DNA from: Lytechinus pictus
Lineage: Eukaryota
NCBI RefSeq assembly: GCF_037042905.1
Contig: NC_087261.1
Span: forward strand, 10,478,001 to 10,542,000
Reading direction: 5' to 3'
DNA: 64,000 nt
The position numbers and the translations under genes are program-made. Positions 27,967 to 39,936 of the stretch are shown piece by piece; position 1 is the stretch's first letter, and the number at the start of each line of letters is the position of its first letter. The notes beneath the pieces are model-generated. The model was not told where the DNA came from. It saw nothing but the letters and a program-made list of their open reading frames with translations, and did not search any database.

Positions 27967-29364
27967 CTTTTTATGAATATCAACAAAACTAGGCTATTCT
28001 GATTTGCTCACAAATATGATTTACCATGCAGGAGGATATCGATGATTGTAATCAATGGTAATATGTCATGCAGTTTCACTTCAGCGCACCGTATTGTGAA
28101 ATCTCGGCACATACTTCGCAGCAATATCAATGAATTTGATAATGAATATGCATGGTAGTGTTAAGTTCCCCTGTGGTCTTTAATCATATAGCACATTGCT
28201 TATGACTAACTTTGCTGGTTCAATGGAATCAAAAAAGAAAGTATGCATTCCACGATTCCCCGCGTTGCATTGTGGTTTATTTGTCCAAAATAATATAAAT
28301 TTACCAGTTGAGTAACGGATTCAGTTGCCGTGATTAGCGGATCACATTAACGGGACTGGTTCAACGCATTTTCAGAATTCAATACTAACTGGTAGATGTT
28401 TACGCGTTTCCATTTAGACGAGTTTTGTGCCGTTTCAGATTTTGCCTTCTCTTCTCATAAATTCCAGCTCTTGCCTCGTGAGTATTATTTTCAATGTCCT
28501 TTAGATTCTAATCGTTTATGACAATTAATGTCGTATTAACGTACATAAAAAGTATATAAAAAAGTATATTAAACAAAGTAAGTTGCCGTTGGCGTAGGGA
28601 GTCGAGTTTGGGGCACGTTCCCCCAAATACCGCGTACGAATATTGGAATAGGCCTTTAACAAAAAAAAAAGAAGACAATTACTCATTAGCATCATGGTCC
28701 TCAGCGGATTATCTTTAATGTACGACCGGACTAACCGGACTATCTTTCTTACATACAAATCAATTTTAAGATTAAACTTTTTAAATTTTTGATTTTCTGG
28801 TTCGCTCGCTAGAAACGTGTCCGAAATAGTGTAGCCCTCTCATGATTTTTTTTTATTCATACATTTTCTCTTTTTGTGGGGAGGGGGCACATTTCGCCAC
28901 CAACCCTTTCTTTATACTAGTAGTTCGGTGGTATTTCATTTTCATATGTGATTATGTTTCATGTTATTTGGTTTGTTATGTTCGTTATTCATTTGAGTAA
29001 TGGTTAAACTGAGGTATATTGGGGTATAAACTCTAATGGGGCGTTGCAATTGATCGCAAATCAACTGTCAATTTGTGAGTTACGCTTGATTTGCGTTCGT
29101 TTCTTGCAACGCCCAATAAGAGACGCTATCGTGAATATGAATCGAAAAGTTAGTGTGCTGTACTGCTGTTCGCTATTCTAAAGTATCCCCCAATTATGTT
29201 GCCGAATATCATTACCCCAACTTTAACGAGTTGTGTAGGCAAGTATAGTATGTGTAATAAAGAAAATATGTAATTATACATATTAACAGAGGCGTCAACC
29301 TGGGGATAGGGGGCAGGGGCGATTGCCCCCCCCCCCCCATGAGAGGGCAAACATTTCGGCTTAA

Positions 29365-29758
29365 AGAGAAATTCCAGTATTTGCAGTAAACACTGATTTC
29401 ATGAGAAAGTCTGTAAAACAAGGCTTAATTGTCAGTATATCATCGAGGATCTAGATCTGGTACAGTTACATAAACTGAACTTTGTGAAATCTTGAAATCT
29501 ACGCTGAAAAATGTTCACACTGAAGATCACCAACACAGATAGGCACACGTGGGACAGTGTATTATTATTGCTAAAATAAAGACCCGACGGAAGTGACCGA
29601 ATCCGCGCTTATTTTGCTTATTTCTCAGCAATTACACAATTTCTTCCAGAATCCTTTGGCACATATTTTTTATTCATACAAACAGACACTTAGGTGGTCA
29701 TTATATTAGATTCTGTAAAAAGTCATTTTTAGATCGTTACCAAAACTGGAATTTATCT
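29365..29758. mobile_element. Kolobok-type MITE (second family) nested in hAT-like MITE sequence (~29287-30356)
   Basis: TTAA TSD; TIR AGAGAAATTCCAGT / ACTGGAATTTATCT. Confidence 0.7.
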
Positions 29759-30446
29759 TTAATTGTAATGATAGTCTGCTCTGCGAACGCAGGCTGTCAT
29801 CACATGCCAAAATATAAATTTGCCCCCCCTTAACTTTGACAAATTGACAGTCGCGTACAGATTGGGAAGGGAGCCCCCCCCCCCACACCAAATATTTCAC
29901 AACCAAGAAAAAAAAAGAGAAAAGGAAACAAGAGAAGAGAAAAGAGAGAAGGGTAAAATATATTATTTTTTTCTGAATGTTATGTCAAAGTCTATGTCAA
30001 AACTGCATGGATTTTTGTAATAGAAATGTCGAAATTTTTGCTCGCTCGCTTCGCTCTCTTGCAACGTTTTAAAAATTTTGCCCAAAACACCATATCTGCC
30101 CCATTGATTTTTTTTTCTCATTACACCACTGCAATTGATCAATAATATGCAATGCAAATCTAGTTTAAAAAGCATAGGAAAGCAATATAAAACAATAAAC
30201 TAGGCCAAAAAAACCCACATTAACCATACAAAACTGTCAATTTATTTCGGCTCACTTCGCGCGCAAAACTATTTAAGGCCTACTATAAGAAATTCTGGGA
30301 CTTTTTTCACTTTTAGCCCTTCTTCCATCCGAGACATGGATCGACGTACGCCACTGCTTACCAATGATTTCACAATAGGCCTGTTTATCAGGTTTTATTT
30401 TGCTTCATTGCTTGTTTCTTTACCTTTTTCAGCATCGAAACTTAGG

Positions 30447-31368
30447 ATGGCAGACATTTTGACTGACAAATTTATGATGAAGCTTTCGGGGAAAATCTGT
30501 CCAGTGAAAGCGACTCCAGACGATTTCAGCAGAAATGTCATCAATTTTAGCGTGAGCCTCGGATTCACCGAAGCCCAGGGCGCATGTGCAGTTGTAGGGG
30601 CAAACGTCATCCAGAATCAAAAGAGCGCGTACAGGAGGGCCCTCTCGATGTACTTGATGAAATACGGACGGAAGAAAGACAGTGCTCTGAAACTTGAGAA
30701 GATTCTTCTCAAAGGAAGTCTGAAGAAACATGCTCATCTTGTGAGGGAAGGTGTGTATATAAATATACATGCAGCTCCCCTTAATGTAGTGATGTCACCT
30801 CGAAAAAAAGAAAGATGTTCGAGGGAGCGTATAAAGAGAGAGAGGGGGATTTTATTATTTTTTTTGTTTGGCAATAAAACTTGTAATTATTATTTTTTCC
30901 CCAAAATTTGGTGTGAAATATAAAAATTTTACTTAGTGGCTAAATGGTATGCTGCAACGTAGGCCTAAATTAGGTCTATTTAGTTTTTAATGTATCCTTT
31001 AAGTACAGTATTAAAATGTTCGGGGGCGAACATTTACCGCCTAAGTGCCCCCCCCCCCCAAATTCTGTCAAACCAACAACGGAATTAGCCGTAACTTCAT
31101 TGACATTTGGCTTTCCCGCTTAGCACCCTCGCAGATTTTCTGAAGTAGTGTACCCCAACTTCCCTCACAAATTTTCATCCATTATGTGCGCGCACACGCG
31201 TGTTTGCATGAATGGATTTAACTCACAAAAAAAAGTCATTTATATAACTTGAAAAAATTAATATTACTGTAAAATTTTTCTCAATTTTTTTGTCTTTCTA
31301 ATTTATATCCAGAATTAATGAAGTTCAACGTTCCTGTCCAACAAGAGACAAAGATGTTGGTGAGATAG
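30447..31368 (+). CDS. small putative death-domain-fold protein, 119 aa
   Basis: Acceptor TTTTTCAG at 30432; ATG 30447; exon 30447-30750 (phase-1 GT donor) + exon 31313-31368 ending TAG. Higher GC than flanks. Helical pattern LTDKFMMKLSGKI..FSVSLGFTEAQ..AYRRALSMY..LKLEKILLKGSLKKHAHLV resembles death domains. Probable non-coding first exon with GTGAGT donor at 28478. Confidence 0.6.
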
Positions 31369-33029
31369 CAGATCTAACAAGGAATCTTGAGCAGGTTCAT
31401 AAAGCACGGAATACATTGGAAAAGTAAATTCAAATTTTGATTCATCAAACATTTGAAATTGTTTCAACTTAAAGGTATTGACGTGATTGGACATTAATCT
31501 GTGACGTATTTTAAATTGAGAACTGCTTTTCTGATCCAACGACGAAATTGATTCGTGTTATCAACAGGAATTGTAACGGGACGTGTGAAGGTCAATAGCA
31601 CTGAATATAACATAAGGCTAGCGAAATTACATTTTAATTGTTCGCGCTTTTGAGTTCATTTTATTGTAATGTATTGAATTTGATTCACTATTAATTATGA
31701 TTTTAGGCTACATGTCAATGACATTTCGCAGAAAATAAAATTGTCTATTATGTTTATGAACAATGAACAAATTCGGACAGCAAATCAGTGATAAATAGTT
31801 GCGGGGCATGATTATTAAAGATATGACGAATGATCAGAAAATTCAAAAGATTTTCATACAATCAACCAATATAAGCCCACGCACATACAACGATCGTGGG
31901 GGGGGGGGGGGGTTCATTCACACGAGGAAATTTGGGTCGTCAGCTAATTGCATGCAAGGTAAAGGTAACATGTGCATATCCCACGTGTTACTCTTTGAAA
32001 ATAATTTGTTAAAACACTTGTGGATTCAACATTGAATATTTGAGTTGTTGCAAAGGTTCTGATTTACCTTTATATTTACTACTGTCATATCAATAAGTTT
32101 GGATTCGGCATAGGCATTGGCCAATATCTTATTTAAAACGTAGAAAAGACATGGATATTTCGTACATTTTATATGACCTTATCCATACATACGTTGAACA
32201 GTAAAAGTTCATTAAATAGAAGCAATTACCCCGATTTATTCATATCACTTTTGGGCGGCCTCTTATAAACTAGTTTTTTTAAGTTATATCAGGTGATGTG
32301 TAGTTGTGAAAAAATATCTTGAGTACTCCGATCAAATTGTTTGAAGGTTTCAATAATTCTTGCCTTTATCTTATGGACTTAACCTTTCTAGTTTACATTT
32401 TATTTTTTCTAAAACGGTTCTCCTATCACTGTAGGGCATTTTTGTTACTCTTTGTTTAATTTGTCAAATTCATTATCTTTACTGGTTGTTTCATTTTGCC
32501 ATGTTTATAAAATTACTATTGAATAGATTTCAGCTTTGTATACAACATGTGCATTGCATCATTCTAGTTTTCTCTTTCTGTCACACATGATAATTATTCA
32601 TGGGTGAAAATTACTTGGAGCAGAACATTCATTTAGATGGAGGCAGAGAGAACGGTGTGACAGCGAAAAAGCAAGAAAGAGATCGAGGGGGTGGAGAGAG
32701 GAGTGGGGGAGGAGGGAGGGAAGAAGAGGGTGAGTCTGAAGAAGAAAATAAAGTAGAGAACAGAATGATGATAAAAGATGTACCTTTTTCTGATTAAAAA
32801 AGTTCCCCTGCTCATGACAAATATGCCGAGCCACACCTCGTCTTACGACACTCTCGTGTTCCTGCTCCTCATCTCATCCTTCTTTTTCAAAACTCTTTTT
32901 CTCGTCCTTCTTTTAAAAGATTTTTCACCGTCTCCCCTTTTTTCTTCTTATGCAACTATATCTCATTCCCTCATCGCATATATGGTTACTCTTTCTTCTT
33001 TGTCTCTATTTCCTCTTCTCGTAAATAAT

Positions 33030-33290
33030 TATTCTTGATCATCAACTTCATCATCTTCACTATCATCTTCTTCACAATCATCATTACCATCATCATCATC
33101 ATCACCATCATCTTCTTCTTCACCACCACCATCATCACCATCATCATCTTCACCATCATCATCATCTTCTTCTCCTTCACAATCATCATCACCATCATTA
33201 TGATCATCGTCATCTTCATCATCATCATCGTCACCATCACTATCATCATCTTCTTCATAATCATCTTCATCATCATCTTCTTCTTCTTGC
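33030..33290. repeat. degenerate (CAT/CTT)n microsatellite
   Basis: Visible trinucleotide run. Confidence 0.9.
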
Positions 33291-34388
33291 AAGACACAAA
33301 ATAAAGAATCGTATATAGGAAATTTAAAATGGCATTATTATAAAATATATATTTTTGCTGTATAGACAAGCAATGAATTTGCAATGAATCTGAGGGAAAC
33401 CCATCATTCTGAACATACAATAATATACTCGATATATTAAACAGAAAATCATCATGATCATTTGTGACATTATCCCCTAAATATGAATACTATTAGCTCA
33501 AATTTTAGGGAAGTAATAATTGGTAAAAGCACATCGACGCACTGAAACATGTTATGTGAAAGACTGTTTGGTATACGGGTGATTTGAAATAGGATACACA
33601 CAGTAAAAATGCTGTTTAAAATGTACATACAACGCGGATTACAAACCTTACATTAGTTGTTTAACCAAGTGTTTAAAAATCTTAAGCAAAAAAGTTTAAT
33701 TTTTTAATGTATGTAAATCTCCACGAATTCAGCCTGGTTGTTTAAACTGTTAAACAACTTATGTAAGGATCAAACAGCCTCTATTTAACCCTGTATACGG
33801 GTCACTGAATTGGACCGGGTTATTATTGTTCTAACTTTTCCCATTTTGGTGTTTTTCACAACGGAGTTTGCCATTTTAATCAACCTACATAATATAATTA
33901 ATACACAAATCAACATATTGACGAGGAGATAGATTTGAAGAAAAGAAAAAGAAAACACGATGTCTGGTTTCTCAAACTGATATATAATTTTCCATTCGTA
34001 TTGCTGAGACATATCGAACATACATATTGCTCAATGCATTGAGCTCAAATTACACGCATGTTAATTACTGTAGAATGGATAAATTGCATGTAAGAATTTA
34101 CTCATTTATAATGCTGACACTTTCATGACTTATTTTGAATAATTATCAGTGCCATACACTGATTTCTTGATGGCAATTGCATTCATCAAGACAAAGGATG
34201 ACAAAAAAAAATAATGCACAGGTACAGATTATTTCTGATTTATTTTTAAATCATCAATATTTCCATCAATCATCAATTAAACACTTTTTTACTGTGTCAA
34301 TTTTCAAAATTGTCACACTAGAAAAACAATGTTTTAAATATTGTAATTTGACTCTTTTTTCATAAATTCTGGATCATCATAACATCTA

Positions 34389-34665
34389 CACTGTTAGAAA
34401 ATTCATCCTTAAAATAAAAGAAGTTCCTGCAGCAGAGTCTCGAGAACACCTGTAATCTGACCAGATTGCGTAATCTTACAGGAAATTGGTATTTGGTGTA
34501 TGGAATCTTATAAATTTCCTTAAATAAAACAGCCTTTTCCTCTTTTTAAACAGACTTGTTAAATTGCAGAAAATTTCCTGTTATATGAATTTACAGAATG
34601 ATTCTGATATTGCTTTCTGCAAAATCTTCTGTTTTTTCTGTAAAATCAGTGTTTTTTTAACAGTG
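34389..34665. mobile_element. CAC..GTG MITE
   Basis: TA-flanked TIR CACTGTTAGAAAA / TTTTTTAACAGTG. Confidence 0.65.
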
Positions 34666-35559
34666 TATGTCTACAACTACAATGTATATAAAATGCTCAA
34701 TTAAAAGAAATCAATAATACCAGTTATAAATACGGTTGGTCTCCGGATCAAAATCTTTATTTTAATTCCATTTTTTGTTGTTATTCTTTTTTTTTTTTTT
34801 TTTTTTTTGGGGGGGGGGGTACACTAAATTGGTTCAAACTGGTACTTTCCAAGTCCCAGCACACCTATTAATATTCACTGACCTCTAATTATCACTGAGA
34901 GATAAGCTACTGATCCGTATACTAGTATACTGCACAGCCCTGTTACACTTTTTATTTATCTTTATTTGCGCCTTTTCCAATTGTAAGAGGTATAGTATAC
35001 AGAGTCAGTGAGGTAAGCCCATTTACGCCAGCTAAGGCACATCCGGGATACCATTGCTGCGCGTAAAAAAGGCACATCCGGGTGTATTGAGCAGCGACAG
35101 CGACGACGTACTCACGCATCAATTAAAACAGACGGCCGGATACTAAGACCATCTAATCACAGTGAACGTATCCGGGTAAAATAAGTGACAGCCATATGAC
35201 GCTTGAAAATCAATCCTAGCAAACTTTGGGAAGTTATATCGAAAGGGGAAAGCTATCATAATTGCGTTGACAATCGTGAAAGACGGACAACTTTGTTTCA
35301 TGATGCTGTACGCACATCCAGACTATGCAGAGCTTGAATCTCAGATCTTCAAATGGACTAGGATGAGATACCAACATCATGGGGTCTCGAGATCAATCTT
35401 GTGATATCAGAGAGGAATATTTTAATCTTGAATGAATCATATTTTTAGGAAACCCGACAAAGGAATCTTTAACAACGTTGCATTGTCAAGGAATTCCGAC
35501 CATTGCCATTTCTGGCATTCTTGTGGGATTCAAATGGATCTGTTGGACATGGTGAATAA

Positions 35560-37510
35560 AATTAAAGAACCAAACGTTGTTTTCTGACCAAGACATCGTA
35601 AGTAGTTTGTCATGCCCACGATTCAATAACACACTAAAGGAACATAAGGAAAGCGCTGCATAGTTTAGGAGGAAGAGGCATTCTACATTCGGCAAATGAA
35701 TATCATGATATATACGGTTACTCCGACGAATACGAATCTGAATAACTGGAAAATATATGGAAGAGTTGTTAAAGCAGGGGATACCGAAGGAAGTAATTTG
35801 GGGTGTCAATAACGACATGTTGGAAAGGTTTTAACAGGATTGCTGTCCGGGGATGGTGTCGTTCGAAAATCGTTGCGTAGCGATACCAGGGTGTATAGAT
35901 CAATATGAAAAAAATGTCCGACCAAGAAAAATTCAAACTCTTGCACAGACACGGTAGGCCTTTCGTGCTGAAAGAAAATTGGTCCAACGGGTCAACGCGC
36001 CTGTGATAACAAATCTTTCATTGATAGCTATCTCGTGTACATTTCTGCAGATTTCTGCAGCCTCCTCCTTTTATTAACATCCACGCTGGATCAAAAAAGG
36101 ATACATATCATGGAAAGTTCTATACAATGGACCCATAGACGGGGACTTACAGATAGACGAGGTGGATTAATTTTCCATAAAATCTGACTTGTATATATGT
36201 ATCATATTGCTGATGGGTATAACTTTTTCTTCATTGTAAGTATGTTTCACTATAGTAATGGACATGGGGAAATAGGTTTCGAAAACATGACAATGTAAAT
36301 ATGGACAATATTTAGGCCGATCTACAAGCTTAAGTGGAAATATTTAGAGGGTAAGTCAAACGTTGTCATTTTCCCCCAAACCCCTACCCCTCTTTTTTCA
36401 TTTTATTAAAAAATTTACAAGCATGTCAAAATTGCCTGAGAAGTCAAATTGGATAAGAAGCAACTTTTGAGAAGAAAACACAAAGTCGAAAAAAATTTCG
36501 ACGAAAATTTTTCTGACGAGAAAAGATCATACTATGATTGCCCTCGTTCCTGGAAGTACTAACTGTTCAAGAGGTTCATGAAAGCACTTTACAAAGGAGC
36601 TGCTTTTCAGAACTGGTCATAATGTCGATACTCAGTGGGAATGTGATTTCATGAAAGAAATGAATCAAAATGATGAATTACGAATGTTCACTAACAAAAT
36701 AAAACGCATCGAACCTCTAAATCCTAGGGATGCCTACTAAGGTGGTCGAACAAATGCTACCCAACTAGTCAGGGAAGTAGGAGACAATGATAAAATTAGT
36801 TATGTGGATGTTTGTATCCATGGGTATGTAAATATTAAGAATTTCCCATCGGACATCCACGAATCATTACTGAAAACTTTGAATCACCTGAGAATTATTT
36901 CGGGTTAATTAATTGCACCGTCTCCCCTCCTAGAGGACTTTACCATATCGTACAAACAATAAATTACCTTTTCCTTTGTGTCGTAGTTGTAGTGAGAACA
37001 AATTGAGACACTGTTCACATTAGGAAGAACGTTACCTGACGGCTACATCGGTAACAGAAGAACTAAAAAAGGCTATGACCCTGGGTTATCGTATTATCTC
37101 GACATTTGAAATATGGCTTTACGACGAATCGTCTCAATACGATGTATAACAAAACAAGGGTCTGATCGGTACAATCCCACGGTATTTGGGATAAGTTTGG
37201 AGTCCCTAGAATACTTGGAACTCACGCATGTCATCAACCTTTAATCGGATGAAGGAACGTCCTGGACAGGTCTCAGGAACAGACAACCTCTTACAATTGG
37301 AAAAGGTGTAAAGATAGCAGATAAGAAGTATGACAGGGGTCTATTCACAGAATATGGGAACACATTCCTAGAATGAAAGCAAGAGGCGAGTGGTTGGCCT
37401 TTAAATTGTATACCAAACAACGATCAATCTTTGGAATCTCCTGAAATAAAAGAAGCACGTAAGACTTACATCGAATCGTATCATGAACATGAAGGTGTAC
37501 TCCTCAATGG
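35560..37510 (+). pseudogene. heavily decayed Polinton/Maverick relic 1 (ORF-X fragment ~35760-35990 and pPolB fragment ~36520-37510)
   Basis: Hand translation across stops and frameshifts gives KEVIWG..DMLERF*..CVAIPGC..MSDQEKF, then LVPGS, WECDF, PLNPRDAY*GGRTNA, YVDVC, PIGHP, YFGLINC, FPLCRSC, TEELKKAMTLGY, KQEASGWP, YHEHEGVLL; all collinear with relic 2. Confidence 0.85.
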
Positions 37511-37749
37511 CAGTGTCCCATGTAAGGATATGAACCATCCAACTTTTACGATCTTATCATTGCAAAATGCGTTGTGTATCTTATTCAACCATGCAAGAAT
37601 TCCTGGATGCTTATCCAAAATGGGCAACGGAAAAGATGTATGACTAACAATTATGTTTGAACTTGGCGTCTATTACGCCACGTCTTGGAACTATCACCAA
37701 ACTAGAATTGGCGGAAGAAGGATGCACCTTAGAGATATGGGACAGCACT

Positions 37750-37950
37750 TGGGAATTCAATAGGTTCACTCAACCGTGACGGCTGAACAAAAGGAATATG
37801 ACGTAACATCATTAGCATAACAATGTGGAGAGTAGTCTGGAAAGATGGGAATTCAATGGGGTTGATTAGCATAAAAATGGGGAGAGTAGTCTGAGATGGG
37901 AATTCAATGGGGTTGATTAGCATAACAATGGGGAAAGTAGTCTGGAAGCG
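37750..37950. repeat. ~50-55-bp tandem repeat, ~3 copies
   Basis: ATTAGCATAACAATGGGGAGAGTAGTCTG..GGGAATTCAATGGGGTTG units at 37811, 37866, 37916. Confidence 0.8.
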
Positions 37951-38149
37951 TCTCCCTGGAAACGAATCAACAAACATAACGTTGAATAGAAGGATTAAAA
38001 GATTGTAATTGTTACAGAGCAGTTTGTGGGTAATATCAGAGCTATGAATTTTTTTAAATGGTTAGGAGTTTAAGGGGAAAAAATGCCAAAATTTGACCTA
38101 TCATTTCAATATTTCCATTCGAGCGTCGATCGTCCAAAATATTGTCCGT

Positions 38150-38570
38150 AATTATTTAGCTAAATAACCGATGGAAAGAAGATGCAGTGAATAGTTCTTG
38201 CATTCTTGGCTTTGTTTGACAAAACAAACGTTGTTTTTTACCAAGACATCGTCAGTAGTCTGTTTTCTAACATTTAGCAAAATAACCGATTGGCGCGAAG
38301 ATGCAAAGATTAGTTCTTGCATTCCTCGCTTTGTTAGAAAATCAAAGGTTGTTTTCGACCATGACATCTTGAATAGTTCGCTTTCTTTCATCTATTATAA
38401 TATATAAAAAAATGCAGTGATAAGTTCTTGCATTCTTTGCTTTCATTAAAAAAAATACCGATTGAAATAGATTGAAAAATCAAACGTTGTATTCGACCAA
38501 CAAGGTATATATGTATAGTTCACTTTCTACCATTTAGCAAAATAACCGATTGAAGCGAAGAGGGAAACAT
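38150..38570. repeat. ~120-140-bp degenerate tandem repeat at the left of Polinton relic 2
   Basis: ATTTAGC(A/T)AAATAACCGAT at 38154, 38272 and 38532; AA(C/G)GTTGT(T/A)TT..ACCA motif at 38227, 38345 and 38483. Confidence 0.7.
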
Positions 38571-38627
38571 ATCAATCTGTGGTATTTTTTTTTTACTTTC
38601 ATTTTCGAAAAATTTAATAGAGATAAA

Positions 38628-39690
38628 ATGGCTCGATCTTCAGAGGAATCATTTAGTTTCCGTAAATTCGAGGTAACCTCGCCTCTTAACAAAGATGTCC
38701 TTGATCTACGAGGATATTCTTCACATAAAGCGTTTTACAATAGCTGAAATTATTATCCTTACTTTATCGCGACTATATTAGAAAACTTGATAAAAGATGG
38801 AGAAGATTATCAAGAAATGGAGAAAGATCCAAAAATAAGAGGAAAATCGATGGAAGAGATGGAAAATCAGGGGGTTGCAAAGGAAGTAATTTGGGGAGAT
38901 CACAAAGACATGCTGGACAGGTTTGAGAAGGATTGTGTTCCGGGGATGGCGTCGATGGAAAAAAGTTGCGTTGCGATACCAGGGTGTATCATCTCCGATC
39001 ACTACGAAACAATGTCAGACCAAGAGAAATTCGAGCTCTTAGGTAGGCACGGCATGCCTTTCGAGTTGAAAGAAGATTGGTCAAAAGGGTGGAAGAGACG
39101 CGTTCTTCAACGGCCAGATCGTAAACATGATACATGTGAACAACCTCAGCAAACTAGACGAAAGCCTTCTAGAGTCGAAGTCTTGGAAAAGAGGCTTGCT
39201 GATGTTCATGGGGAATATGTCAACCTCCAAAAAGGGCATCGGCTCTGTACACACGAGCACACTGCACCTTTGGTCAGCGAAAGAGTTGCTGGAATAGTTG
39301 AAAATAGTGTGTTCAGTGACTCATATTGTCATCATCAATATCAGTTAGATGAAATTAACGTAATCAATACAGGGTTAAGTAGAAATGCTGAGAGTGAAAT
39401 GGAGCTGCATAAAATGAACGATAAGCTTGCTTATTATTACATTTCTCTACATGGTAAGAAAAATTGTTAAGAAGTACCTAAAGCAGGTAAATACGGCTGT
39501 CTTGGAATACAAAATACTAACTGTTAATGCAAATGTTCCGTATAATGTTAGGGCAGTTGGTGTACACTACGATTGGAACTATTATCATGGTAATCCAATG
39601 CTTGTCTGGATGTGGGTCATAGTTCCATTCCCAATCCTGCTAGCAATGGAGTTGCTCCATCTATCGTATCAAGCCGTATCTACTTTTTGA
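38628..39690 (+). pseudogene. Polinton accessory ORF-X, unknown function
   Basis: ATG 38628 is in frame with the 38787-39470 ORF across one TGA (38745-38747); a probable A-run frameshift at ~39460 continues into the 39427-39690 frame; homologue in relic 1. Confidence 0.6.
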
Positions 39691-39936
39691 CACTTGCAGT
39701 AAGTAGGAAATTTACTTTTCTATCTTAAATTACCGATTACTATTTGAAACAAACTATTTAGAGTCGATTTATTATATGACATAAAAATATTCTATGCATA
39801 ACATGATTTAACCCGAGAAGATGGAATTCTGTAAATGGATGTTACTTGTATCGATATGTTATTCATAAATGTTTAGGCCATGTCATCTGCATTTCTAAAT
39901 TCTAAAACAAAATATATATGTCTATTTCAGAAGACC

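Noticed and set aside
32986-33420. Acidic poly-D/E ORF on the minus strand
   Set aside because: CAT/CTT microsatellite; no supporting exon structure
34900-35500. Left TIR of the Polinton
   Set aside because: Repeated CATCCGGG motifs are present, but there is no AG-rich terminus, TSD or matching right end in the window
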